DNA of 64,000 bases from Macrostomum hystrix (Eukaryota > Animalia > Platyhelminthes). Below are positions 23,501 to 35,412 of the stretch, piece by piece; positions within the stretch are counted from its first letter, which is position 1; every line of letters starts with the position of its first letter. The notes under the pieces are model-generated. The model saw only the letters and a program-made list of their open reading frames with translations. It was not told where the DNA came from and did no database searches. The position numbers and the translations under genes are program-made. The stretch is from positions 8,618,001 through 8,682,000 of the forward strand of contig CATNEN010000003.1 in the NCBI GenBank assembly GCA_950097015.1. Reading direction: 5' to 3'.

Positions 23501-25987
23501 GACTTTCTGTTGCAGGTTGCTTTCAGTCTATGAGTTTTATGAGTAGATGAGTCGGTTTGAGAAGTCGATTTCTTGGTTTTCAAAGTAGATTGGTAGGTTT
23601 GAGAAATAAATTTGTAGATTTGAGAAGTAGATTAGTAGGTTTGAGAAGTTTATTGGTAGGTTTGAGAAGTAGATTAGTAGGTTTGAGTAGTTTATTGGTA
23701 GGTTTGAGAAGCTTATTGTTAGGTTTGAGAAGTAGATTGGTAGGTTTTGAGAAGTAAATTTTAGGTTTGAGAATTTGATTTGTAAGTTGGAGAAGTAGAT
23801 AGGTAGGTTTGAAAAGTAGATTGGTAAGTTTGAGAAGTAAATTGGTAGGTTTGAGAAGTAGATGAGTCCGTTTTGTCATAGTGAGTAAATAATACCGAGG
23901 ACGTCAATTATAGTATGCATCATATTGAGTAAATCATATTGAGTACATCATATTGAGTAAATCATATTGAGTACATCATATTGAGTACATCATATTGAGT
24001 ACACCATATTGAGTACATCATATTGAGTACATCGCTCGACAACGTGCAGGTGAAGCTGCTCCACCCGGACATTCCGGTTGCCGAGTTCCTGGCCGGGATG
24101 CCCGACCCGCCGCCAGCGGCTCACGTCCTGCAAGCTCGCCAGCTGCTGCTTGAGTTGGGCGCTTTGACCATAGACGAAGATCTCACTCCGTTGGGCAGGC
24201 ACGTGGCTCGCCTGCCGCTGCCCTGCCAGCTGGCCAAGATGGTTCTCCTTGGCGCCTGCTTCTCCTGCCTCGACCCGGTGCTGACCATCGCCGCAGCCCT
24301 GTCGCATCGCAGCCCATTCGAGCAGCCTCTCGGAGCCGAAGCCGACGTTCAGCAGTGCAAGATTCGATTAGCCAACGACTGCCAGTCTGATCACCTGCTG
24401 CTGTGGCTGGCCTACGATGCCTGCTGGCGCGGGTTGGCCGACGGTCGCAGTCGTTCTAAAAATGCCAGTCGAGATACTTTCGACAAAAAATTCGCCACAA
24501 GAAACTATCTGTCGCCTGCTGTTCTGCAAACCATCGCTGAGTTGAAGGCGCAACTGGCTGAACAACTGGCCGAGTACATGACGACAGAAGATGTGTCTGA
24601 CGGCATGTCTGACCAACAATCAACCGTCAGGATGTCTGACCAACAATCAACCGTCAGGATGTCTGACCAACAATCAACCGTCAGGATGTCTGACCAACAA
24701 TCTGTCAGGATGTCTGACCAATCCAGCCGAAAGTCTAAACAGGCTTCCATGCCTCCAACAGCGTCAGCGATTCGTCTGACGGCCGATCATCCGTCCCTGA
24801 ACCGTAACAGCCATCGTCTGGAACTAATCAGAGCCGTTGTCACAGCAGGCCTCTATCCCAACATTGTGCGCTGCAAGTCCCGGTCCCAGGCCACTGGCCG
24901 ACCAGGCGAACCTCCCTACGAGTTGCCAATTGGCAGCGTGGTCAATCCGGCCTCTTTATTTGGACGCCGCGGTCGCGAAAATAACGGCGAGCTCGCCTGG
25001 CTGGCCTATTTCGACAAGTGTCTGCTGGACGACCGGCGTAAAGTGTCTCTATTTGACGCCACTCTGACCAGACCGCTGCATCTGCTTTTTTGCTGTTCCG
25101 AGGCGCGACATTGCAACGAATACGGAGCCGAGTTGGCTGTGCTGGACAACTGGATCAAACTGGCAGCTACTCCCGAGGTGTTCTCCACCGTGATGGTCAG
25201 TTTATACGGGCTGGGAATGGGTTTTGGTAGGTTGGGAATGGTATTGGGTAGGTTGGGAATGGGTTTTGGTAGGTTGGGAATGGTATTGGGTAGGTTGGGA
25301 ATGGTATTGGGTAGGTTGGGAATGGTATTGGGTAGGTTGGGAATGGTATTGGGTAGGTTGGGAACGGTATTGGGTAGGTTGGGAATGGTATTGGGTAGGT
25401 TGGGAATGGTATTGGGTAGGTTGGGAATGGGATTACGTAGGTTGGGAATGGGATTACGTAGGTTGGGAATGGGATTACGTAGGTTGGGAATGGGATTACG
25501 TAGGTTGGGAATGGGATTACGTAGGTTGGGAATGGTATTGAGTAGGTCGGGAATGGGATTACGTAGGTTGGGAATGGTATTGGGTAGGTTGGGAATGGTA
25601 TTGGGTAGGTTGGGAATGGTATTGGGTAGGTTGGGAATGGTATTGGGTAGGTTGGGAATGGTATTGGGTAGGTTGGGATGTCGATGTTTAGCTTTCGAAA
25701 GTGCTTTGTTGGGCAGCCATTGCGTATTCTGCCTTTGTGAAATGAGTTGCTTCGTGGAGGGTGGCGTTGCTCTCAGTTTATCGCCCGCCTTACCTTCCTC
25801 GTCTTGACCGCAGGCTCTCCGTCAATGGCTCGACCATCTGCTGGCCAACCTGATTGAGCAGCCCGGCCTGTGCATGCGCATCTGGTCGTCTGACGCCTCT
25901 GGAGATGCCGCTCTTGATGCCAGCTTATTAAACGCCATCGCCGACTTGCTAGCCGATGACAGACAAGAAGGCTGTTATTTCCAATAG
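17585..25987 (+). CDS. DHX36: ATP-dependent DEAH-box G-quadruplex helicase DHX36/RHAU
   Basis: Exons: putative 17585-17597, then 19930-20462, 20939-21139, 21988-22116, 22196-22753, 23117-23515, 24050-25195, 25814-25987, all in frame. RGG N-terminus; DHX36-specific motif HPCHLRGRAVGMHYAK; GPTGCGKST, TQPRR, DE|VH, SAT, VFVPG, TNIAETSITIDDV, QREGRAGR; HA2 and OB-fold regions (AGLYPN). Confidence 0.92.
17790..19715. repeat. 28-nt quasi-palindromic minisatellite (GATCAAGCTCAATTGGTAGCTTTTGATT)n with 363-bp higher-order repeat
   Basis: Tandem units; a diagnostic variant block recurs at 18241, 18604 and 18967. Confidence 0.95.
20560..20822 (+). mobile_element. SINE family B copy joined to a 3' fragment of SINE family A, in a DHX36 intron
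   Basis: GAGTTCGAATCTC B box at ~20611 and cagtccatggactg at ~20728, immediately followed by cctgacgacgagaaagtcagggcagatgtacac. Confidence 0.6.
21565..21775 (+). mobile_element. tRNA-derived SINE, family A
   Basis: TGGCAGAGCGG A box, GTTCGATTCC B box, body shared with the 580-895 copy. Confidence 0.8.
23555..23865. repeat. 21-nt minisatellite (GGTTTGAGAAGTAGATTGGTA)n
   Basis: Degenerate tandem units in a DHX36 intron. Confidence 0.9.
23920..24032. repeat. 14-nt minisatellite (CATATTGAGTACAT)n
   Basis: About 8 units ending just before the acceptor at 24049. Confidence 0.9.
24605..24725 (+). repeat. 27-nt coding tandem repeat (MSDQQSTVR)n inside a DHX36 exon
   Basis: atgtctgaccaacaatcaaccgtcagg x3 plus two variant copies; reading frame preserved. 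Confidence 0.9.
25210..25680 (+). repeat. 21-nt G-rich minisatellite (GGGTAGGTTGGGAATGGTATT)n in the last DHX36 intron
   Basis: About 22 units between the donor at 25196 and the acceptor at 25813. Confidence 0.95.
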
Positions 25988-26015
25988 ACCATTATTTTAG
26001 TTCAAATTGCTTAGC

Positions 26016-26436
26016 AGTAGAAATGCCACGGGGAATTTCAAATACCCACTGCCTGCTTCACAATAGCTCCTAAACCGAATGACCGATATGGTGAAAATCC
26101 ACCATACAGATCAAAATCTTCCGCCATACTAACTAACCTTCAAAGCCGAAGTCAGCATCGTCGAAATACTCAGCCGTTCTTGTCGAAGACCATGGTGACA
26201 AGGACAACTGTATAAGGGCTCTGTATAAACCTCACCATGGATATGCTTTTATTATTGGTTTTTGCCTCCAGACGTCCCGACGAGAAACGTTGAATGTCTC
26301 GACGATGCCGATGTTTCGTCATTCTTGGAGTCGTTTCAACGGATAGAGTGTTTTGGATTTCACCGGCGATTGGTTCAATATTTTCGAGATACAGAAAACA
26401 GAAAAATGTGGTTATTTGAAAATGTGGTGTTTCTAC
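26016..26436. repeat. degenerate ~420-bp inverted repeat (foldback) just 3' of the DHX36 stop
   Basis: Nested complementary pairs: gtagaaatgccac/gtggtgtttctac, ggtgaaaatcca/tggatttcacc, gcatcgtcga/tcgacgatgc, ccatggtga/tcaccatgg. Confidence 0.7.
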
Positions 26437-26759
26437 CGTCAATCCGGATCTTACTGTTTAATTTCTAAGAGCTCTACTAACAGTAGACTATAAAGGATCT
26501 TTCAAAATAGGGAAATTATTTGTGACTTATTATTTCGTTCGTTTTATATTATCTTGTTATATGTTTCTCTCAGCAATTTAAAAAAATATATAAATGTCTT
26601 ATCTAGTTTTTGGTTACTTGAATTTTGTCATTGAAAATATTGTTGCATTTCTCTTTTGTGTGAATTATAAAATTTTTTTTTGTCGAATAATAAATTCCTT
26701 TAAAAAATCTTTCAGAGACGAATTGCATAGCTGTACCTTGGAAAAAATCTAATTTTGGA

Positions 26760-29700
26760 ATGTCCAAATCGCCAAGCAAAGGTCGCCATGATGGTGCACC
26801 TAAAAGTGACGGAGTAAATAATGCTAACAACTCTCTGCTGGCTACTATTAGTAAGCTATTGAAGAGTTATGACCGATTGTTGAACGAGCGACCGATGCTA
26901 ACAAAAGCTGTTACAAGGTTTGCAAATGCGATGGGTTTTGTTTATTGATTTTGCTGTATGACCGCCTGAACTATTTAAGACTGTGTCTACGTACCCCTGA
27001 ACTATTTGTGACTGTCTAGCTATCCCTGAAGTAGTTGAGGCTGTGTCTAGCAATCCCTGAAGTAGTTGAGGCTGTGTCTAGCTCTCCCTGAAGTAGTTGA
27101 GGCTGTGTCTATCTGCTATCCCTGAAGTACTTGAGGCTGTGTCTATCTGCTATCCCTGAAGTACTTGAGGCTGTATCTATCTGCTATCCCTGAAGTAGTT
27201 GAGGCTGTGTCTAGCTCTCCCTGAAGTAGTTGAGGCTGTGTCTAGCTATCCCTGAAGTAGTTGAGGCTGTGTCTAGCTATCCCTGAAGTACTTGAGGCTG
27301 TGTCTAGCTATCCCTGAAGTAGTTGAGGCTGTGTCTAGCTATCCCTGAAGTAGTTGAGGCTGTGTCTAGCTATCCCTGAAGTACTTGAGGCTGTGTCTAG
27401 CTATCCCTGAAGTAGTTGAGGCTGTGTCTAGCTCTCCCTGAAGTAGTTGAGGCTGTGTCTATCTGCTATCCCTGAAGTAGTTGAGGCTGTGTCTAGCTCT
27501 CCCTGAAGTAGTTGAGGCTGTGTCTAGCTCTCCCTGAAGTAGTTGAGGCTGTGTCTAGCTATCCCTGAAGTAGTTGAGGCTGTGTCTAGCTATCCCTGAA
27601 GTACTTGAGGCTGTGTCTAGCTATCCCTGAAGTAGTTGAGGCTGTGTCTAGCTCTCCCTGAAGTAGTTGAGGCTGTGTCTAGCTCTCGCTGAAGTAGTTG
27701 AGGCTGTGTCTAGCTGTCCCTGAAGTAGTTGAGGCTGTGTCTAGCTATCCCTGAAGTAGTTGAGGCTGTCTATCTGCTATCCCTGAAGTACTTGAGGCTG
27801 TGTCTATCTGCTATCCCTGAAGTACTTGAGGCTGTGTCTATCTGCTATCCCTGAAGTACTTGAGGCTGTGTCTATCTGCTATCCCTGAAGTACTTGAGGC
27901 TGTGTCTATCTGCTATCCCTGAAGTACTTGAGGCTGTATCTATCTGCTATCCCTGAAGTAGTTGAGGCTGTGTCTAGCTCTCCCTGAAGTAGTTGAGGCT
28001 GTGTCTAGCTCTCCCTGAAGTAGTTGAGGCTGTGTCTAGCTCTCCCTGAAGTAGTTGAGGCTGTGTCTAGCTCTCCCTGAAGTAGTTGAGGCTGTGTCTA
28101 TCTGCTATCCCTGAAGTAGTTGAGGCTGTGTCTAGCTCTCCCTGAAGTAGTTGAGGCTGTGTCTAGCTCTCCCTGAAGTAGTTGAGGCTGTGTCTAGCTC
28201 TCCCTGAAGTAGTTGAGGCTGTGTCTAGCTGTCCCTGAAGTACTTGAGGCTGTGTCTATCTGCTATCCCTGAAGTACTTGAGGCTGTGTCTAGCTCTCCC
28301 TGAAGTAGTTGAGGCTGTGTCTAGCTGTCCCTGAAGTACTTGAGGCTGTGTCTATCTGCTATCCCTGAAGTACTTGAGGCTGTGTCTAGCTCTCCCTGAA
28401 GTAGTTGAGGCTGTGTCTAGCTATCCCTGAAGTAGTTGAGGCTGTGTCTAGCTATCCCTGAAGTACTTGAGGCTGTGTCTAGCTATCCTTGAAGTACTTA
28501 AGGCTGTGTCTAGCTATCCCTGAAGTAGTTGAGGCTGTGTCTAGCTCTCCCTGAAGTAGTTGAGGCTGTGTCTAGCTCTCCCTGAAGTAGTTGAGGCTGT
28601 GTCTAGCTGTCCCTGAAGTAGTTGAGGCTGTGTCTATCTGCTATACCTGAAGTATTTCGCTGTCAGTCCCCCCTGAAGTAGAAGTATTTAATTGTTGGGC
28701 GCTATTCTCAAGCAGTCGCAGTTTCTAACCCACACTCGCGCCGACCCAGCGGCGTCATATTCGGCCTTGGCGACCTCCTGTCGCAGCTGATCGCTCCGAA
28801 GCCGGGCACAAATGGCCAGCTGAGTCTACGCAGCACGGGCGCCTACGCCGCATTCGGCCTGTTCATCTCAGGCCCTCTGATACACGCCTTCTACAGCCAA
28901 TTGGACCGGGCCCTGCCCAAAGACGGTCGCGATAAATTTGTGGCGGTGAAGCGCACCTTGGTTGATAGGCTGCTGCTGGCGCCGCCCTACCTACTGCTTT
29001 TGTACTATTCTGTGCCGCTGTTTGAGGTGAGGCTGCCTGCTAGAGTCGGGGTCACTTGACCCCCCTGGCTGCTACTTATTGAAGCTGAATGACCCCCACT
29101 AGCTATTACTAGAAATCGGGGGTCAGATGACCTCTATAGCTACTAGGAAATGTAAGGTCACATAACCTCTTATAGCTACCAGAAATCGGGGTCAGATGAC
29201 CTCTATAGCTACTAGGAAAAGGGAGTCAGATGACCTCTATAGCTACTAGGAAATGTAAGGTCACATAACCTCTTATAGCTACCAGAAATCGGGGGTCAGA
29301 TGACCTCTATAGCTACTAGGAAATGTAAGGTCACATAACCTCTTATAGCTACCAGAAATCGGGGGTCAGATGACCTCTATAGCTACTAGGAAATGTAAGG
29401 TCACATAACCTCTTATAGCTACCAGAAATCGGGGGTCAGATGACCTCTATAGCTACTAGGAAATAAAAGGTCACAACCTCTTATTGCTACCAGAAATCGG
29501 GGTCAGATGACCTCTATAGCTACCAGAAATCGGGGGTCAGATGACCTCTATAGCTACTAGGAAATGTAAGGTCACATAGCCTCTTATAGCTACCAGAAAT
29601 CGGGGTCAGATGACCTCTATAGCTACTAGAAATCGGGGTCAGATAACCTCATATAGCTAAATAGAAAATTGGGGTTAGTCTGAATTAGATCTTTTTGTTC

Positions 29701-30052
29701 GTGCCCAATATCAGTTGATAATAGAATAGAGTTTACTGACAAGCCTATTTGTAACAATTTTAAAATGGCCAATTTTTTAGGGTCATTCATTGTCGTTCGC
29801 TCACGCCAAAGTTAAAGAGAGCTTCCTCACCGTGCTAAAGATGAACGTGCAAATTTGGACATTGTTCCAGTATATCAACATCAACTATGTGCCTCAGAAG
29901 GTAAGTTTTTTACCTTTCTTATACCCATAAAACATTGACTTATTATTTTTAAGAAATGTATCAATCTACCATTGATTTGCCAGTATCGCGTCCTGTTCAT
30001 GTGTGCCCTTTCTCTGTTGTGGAACATCTACGTGGCCATCAAGCGTCGTTAA
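26760..30052 (+). CDS. PXMP2: Mpv17/PMP22-family peroxisomal membrane protein 2-like
   Basis: Exons 26760-26917, 28750-29026, 29781-29900, 29984-30052, in frame. RPMLTKAVTSGVIFGLGDLLSQ, GPLIHAFY, KRTLVDRLLLAPP, MNVQIWTLFQYININYVPQKYRVLF..WNIYVA. Confidence 0.88.
26965..28660. repeat. 31/35-nt minisatellite (CCCTGAAGTAGTTGAGGCTGTGTCTAGCTAT)n in PXMP2 intron 1
   Basis: About 52 tandem units. Confidence 0.97.
29050..29680. repeat. dimeric ~70-nt minisatellite (two related ~35-nt subunits) in PXMP2 intron 2
   Basis: agaaatcgggggtcagatgacctctatagctact alternates with aggaaatgtaaggtcacataacctcttatagctacc. Confidence 0.93.
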
Positions 30053-31342
30053 ATGAAAACTATATACTACTGGAAGTATTGTTTTTGACGTTTAGTATTT
30101 TTACAAAATGAACATTATCAACTAGTTTTGAAATCGGATTATTTTTTGTAGCGCAATTCTATTTCTGCCAGAAATTTTTTTAATTTGCGAAACATTTACG
30201 CCCCCCGACCTGTGCAATGTGTTTACCGATATAATTTCTCATTCTAATCACAAAATAAATTGTGCTGATCACATTGACAACAATAAGTAACTTTCTAATA
30301 CAAATGGTAAAATTATTTTGCTAAATAAACGCTGTCTTCCACTTGTCAAAATTAGTCATTTTTTAGAAACACAAAAATGACGAGTGACAACCTAAAGGTA
30401 ACTAAAAATAATGCATAAAAATTAGTATTGTACTCGTAACTTGTAAATATGCTTTCATGGCCAATTTATCATCGAATGCTGCTCTTCGAAAGTGGCAGGT
30501 CCCGATGGTTTGTCGATACTATCGACAAATTTTCCAGCTATTGTTGTGGCAGCTAAAGAGACGAATAATGCAACATTTAGTTTAGTTTAGTTTAACCCTG
30601 TTTACCCTGTTAACCCTAGTTTAAACTAACATTTAGTTTAACCCTGTAATAGGATGTAGAAAAAACAAAAGCAAAAACAAAAGTTATTTATAGGCGATGC
30701 GACAGTGCCACGACACTTCTGTGCACATTTCAATAGTTATTAAGGTTCATTGCGAGCGACTTGCGACCTGCCCGTGTCTGCGCTGGACAATATATTTAGC
30801 TAGAGAAAAATACAAAATTAAACACCAAGCATCAGCTAACAGGACTGACAAAAGCTGCTCTTAACAAATTATCCATTTTGTGATTGATTTATTTAGCGCA
30901 CGCAATGCATCAGTACAGACTGTTCCACCGGAAATATGCAAAACAGCGCGTAAAAGAAATAGACAGGGAGCCGAGAGAAGAGAAACAAAACTATGAAAAT
31001 TGTACGTGACAACGGTAACAACACAAGCGTTAGAACAGGCGACAACTGAAGGTCAGATAACTTATTCAATAGATTAGCTGGTACAAAAGAGAGAAAGTGA
31101 CACATTTTACTGTGCAACCCACCTAAAGCTCTCTTATTCGATTTTGAATGCAAAAAAATGACAAAAACTTAAAATTGCTTATAAAAGCAAGCAAGATTTT
31201 TATTAATAAAAAAGAAACATTAACGCAACAGTCAAGATCCAGTAACTTGTCAACTAATAGGCTGTTTTTCATATGCACGAGTCGCTTAGACAGCAACTGC
31301 GCACTATTTGGACAACTTTCGTTCATATTTCATCCGCCAACC

Positions 31343-32442
31343 TCAGTAGCCGCCACGGCCGCCTGCAAAGTCGTCAACACGGGGGAACAAAGCCCAAATA
31401 AGCTGCGCGTCTATATAAATAAATTCAAGAACAGTTCTCAATCAAGATGCGGTTGCTTACCACGGCCACCTCGGAAGCCGCCACCGACGCCGCCGGCACC
31501 ACCGCGTCCGCGACCTCGGCCGCCGGAGCCGTATGGCTGGAATCGCTGCGGTCCACCACCGAAGCCACCCATCGGCTTGGCCGGGCCTCCTGAGTAACCC
31601 TGGCTGCCGTATGAGCCAAAGCCGCCGCCATTGTCGTAGGCACCTTCGCCGCCCTCGCTGTAGCCGCCAGCCTCGTAGGCTGCGCTGTCGCCATAGGCAC
31701 CACCATAGCCGCCTCCGTAGCCACCATCGCCGTAGCCACCGCCATAACCGCCACCGTATCCGCCACTGCCATAGCCTCCACCATAGCCACCGCCGTAGCC
31801 TCCAGCATATCCACCGCGACCGCCGCCGAAGCCGCCCCGCGCACTGTAGCCAGACTGCTGACGGGCCTTCACTTCGGCCATCTGCTCCTTTGACAGCGCC
31901 TTCTTGCAGTCTACTCGCTGGCTGCTGCCGATGTTGTGCGGCTTGTACAGAATCGCCTTGTCCACAGGGTCGTAGTCCTTGAACGTCACGAAGCCGAAGC
32001 CACGCGGCTTGCCAGTCTCTCGCATCACGGCGATCTCTGTTGACACAACTTCGCCATAGGAGCTGAAGTACTCGCGTAGCTCTTCCTCTGTTGTCTCTGG
32101 CTTCAGTCCGCCAACAAACAGCTTCTCGACACGAACGTGGCTCTCGTCCTTTGCTGACTCGCCGCGTGGCATGGCCCGCTTCGTGTCCACCTCCTTGTTG
32201 TCCAGGATATGAGGCCGGTTGCTCTGGGCGTCATCGACACCAGAGTCCTCCTTGTAGGTCACGAAGCCGAAGCCACGAGACCGGCCAGACACCTTGTCCT
32301 TCATGACCACCACATCAACAAGCTCGCCCCACTGGCCAAAGTGCTGCTTTAAGTCGTCCTCAGTCACATTGGGAGTCAGTCCGCCAATAAACAGCTTCCT
32401 GAGCTGCTCTCCCTCCTTGTCGCCTCGGTGTCCAGTCATCAT
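31343..32442 (-). CDS. hnRNP A1/A2-like (2 RRMs + Gly/Tyr-rich tail), paralog 1
   Basis: LFIGGL/RGFGFVTY and LFVGGL/RGFGFVTF RNP motifs; PY-NLS-like RFQPY. Predicted exons 32442-31461 and 31362-31343 (GTAAGC..TTTGCAG intron) give the C-terminus RGGRGGRGGY*. Confidence 0.92.
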
Positions 32443-34327
32443 CTTGTAGTCGTTGCTCTGAAAATGTCTTTAGCGATTAAATTAAATGTTTCTAGGCATT
32501 CTTGAGCTTGGCTTTATTCCAGCACACAGCACTCTTAGGAACTATCAGGCAAATGCATCAGTCAACAAAAGGCACCAACACACGGCTATCAACATTTCTT
32601 AGTTTCTGGCGTACGCTTAGGAAATTTGCACAAGTCAAATTTTCACAGTTCAACTATCACTGTTTACTAAACAATTATTGCTCAAACGTCACTAAAAAGA
32701 AGCCAGTAAGTCAGAGAAGAGATCTTGTACACTACATCTCACACTTAAAATGAGCTTGAACGACACAAACAGTAGGAATTAATAAACTATCCTATGCTGC
32801 TAGAGTCTCATCCGTGAATTCTTATAAACGTACCGCTAGAATAGTCTGGATATTTTAATTTTTACGAGCACATTAAATCTAGGAAAGCGAACTTAAATAA
32901 GGCTAGAAAAGTACACCAGAAAACTAGCTGATTGCTGCTTGAGCACTAGCTAGGGCAGCCTATAAAAAGCATCACTTTTAAGCCTGTCACTGAGCTGTCG
33001 CTTTATTTAAAGCCTCCAACTAAATAAGAGACGTTACATTACTTACCTTTGGTGGTTATTACTGTTAATTACATAATTATAACAACGATTAACTAGGCTT
33101 TTATTGCCTGTATGGACACAAAACTACCACTAAAAACTCTTGGACTAACAATTTACAGGGAGTTTACACAGCTGAATAGTTAAAATAATCCCGTATAAAA
33201 ATACGTTAATGCTAAAGGCTAGAGCAATAACCCCCATACTAATATTGCTTGATATTGACAAAATAGGCAGCGAAAATGGATGACTTGTCACTGTCTGTCA
33301 ATCATAATTAAACGCTCTTATTCACTGACAACAATCATGTACACAGAGAAATGTAAGCATTTGACAATCGCCAATGTAAATAATAAATTGATGATACAAA
33401 TTTCAAGCTATGAAGAGATAAAGACATAAAGTTAAAAATTATGCACACTATGTCAGCTTTGATACATTAAAACATTTAGCTAGTACTCCGCTTTGACCCA
33501 AACTGATGCCTAGTGTAAATGCCAAGTCTAATAAGTTGTCAATCTGAGTAGATGGAACTACAGCTTTTATTGTCAATATTTATATTCAGAAAATTATGTA
33601 CTTAATATTACTTAAGCAGTGCTGGTTGGCTGCAAGCCTTATAATTCGAAGTTGCAGTACTAGATACTTGCAAATAGAGAGTAAAAATACTGTTAACTAT
33701 GCGTCATTATTACATAACTGTTGCGAGCGTAAACAAATAGCTAGGACCTTGCTGCCTTGGCTCATGATTCACAATTGGGTGTTCCGTCTGGCTTCGGGAT
33801 CGGATCGACCTGGTCTGTGAGCTGCTGCACCTTAGAGCTGATCATTAGGTAGTTGGGCTACTAAAAGCCTGCTTAGAATTCGGCGAGACCGGGCCTAACT
33901 TACTTACGCTATCGGTCTCTTTTTTCTAACAAGAATCCAATGGCTGCTTAACAACCCGATAGGCCCTTAGCGTGACTTTGACTTTGCTCACCTGAAATAG
34001 TTAAATAATTTTTTGAAATTGCATATTTAAAAACTAAGTTTATAATATAGATCTTACGCAATTAGTTTCTAGAAATATATTTCTAAAACATCATTTCAAT
34101 ATAGCACACATAAACACTCGCACAAGAACCACAAGTGGAATTAAGTTATATAACAAAAATCTGTCAAAAAAGTCTTACCACAATTAGCAATCTTGACTAG
34201 AAATTTTTGAAGGACGTAAAAACCCAATGGACTAGGACACTTAAGGCATCAGATGAGCGACAAATCGAGGTGACGGCTAACGTAGATTTAAAAAAGCGCA
34301 AGCAGACAATTTTTTGTGTGCTTAAGT

Positions 34328-35412
34328 TTAGTAGCCGCCTAGATATAATAAATAAAGTAAGATTATATTTATTATATTTTTTTATATTTACTGACGGTAT
34401 CTAAATAAAGAAATACAAAAGCTAATCAGAATTAAAACCTACCGCGACCTCCTCGAAAGCCACCAGTGACACCGCCGCGACTGTGACCTCTGGCACCAGC
34501 TGCGGAGCCGTATGGCTGGAAGCGCTGTGGTCCGCCACCGAACCCGCCCATCGGCTTTGCAGGGCCTCCTGAGTAGCCTTGTCCGCCATAAGAGCCGAAA
34601 CTGCCTGCACCGTTATAAGAGCTTTCCGCGCCCTCACCGTAGCCAGATATTTCAGCGCCACCAGCATAGCCGCCGGCATAAGGAGCAGATTCGCCATAGC
34701 CGCCTCCGTAGCCACCATCGCTATAACCACCACCATAACTGCCGTTAGCGTAGCCGCTTCCGTTGCTATAGCCTCCAGCATATCCACCGCGACCGCCGCC
34801 GAAGCCGCCTCGCGCACTGTAGCCAGACTGCTGACGGGCCTTCACTTCGGCCATCTGCTCCTTTGACAGCGCCTTCTTGCAGTCTACTCGCTGGCTGCTG
34901 CCGATGTTGTGCGGCTTGTACAGAATCGCCTTGTCCACAGGGTCGTAGTCCTTGAACGTCACGAAGCCGAAGCCACGCGGCTTGCCAGTCTCTCGCATCA
35001 CGGCGATCTCTGTTGACACAACTTCGCCATAGGAGCTGAAGTACTCGCGTAGCTCTTCCTCTGTTGTCTCTGGCTTCAGTCCGCCAACAAACAGCTTCTC
35101 GACACGAACGTGGCTCTCGTCCTTTGCTGACTCGCCGCGTGGCATGGCCCGCTTCGTGTCCACCTCCTTGTTGTCCAGGATATGAGGCCGGTTGCTCTGG
35201 GCGTCATCGACACCAGAGTCCTCCTTGTAGGTCACGAAGCCGAAGCCGCGAGACCGGCCAGACACCTTGTCCTTCATGACCACCACATCAATAAGCTCGC
35301 CCCACTGGCCAAAGTGCTGCTTTAAGTCGTCCTCAGTCACATTGGGAGTCAGTCCGCCAATAAACAGCTTCCTGAGCTGCTCTCCTTCTCTATCTCCACG
35401 GTAGCCAGCCAT
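34328..35412 (-). CDS. hnRNP A1/A2-like, paralog 2
   Basis: Start MAGYRGDREGEQL at 35412, preceded by an acceptor at 35424-35425. RRMs almost identical to paralog 1. Predicted exons 35412-34443 and 34338-34328 give RGGRGGY*. Confidence 0.92.

Noticed and set aside
30575-30650. Telomere-like tttagtttaaccctg repeats
   Set aside because: Too short and degenerate; not a TTAGGG array.
31148-32306. Antisense and alternate-frame ORFs over the hnRNP, DHX36, BCL9-like and TLR exons
   Set aside because: They are shadow ORFs of GC-rich coding sequence with no recognisable motifs.
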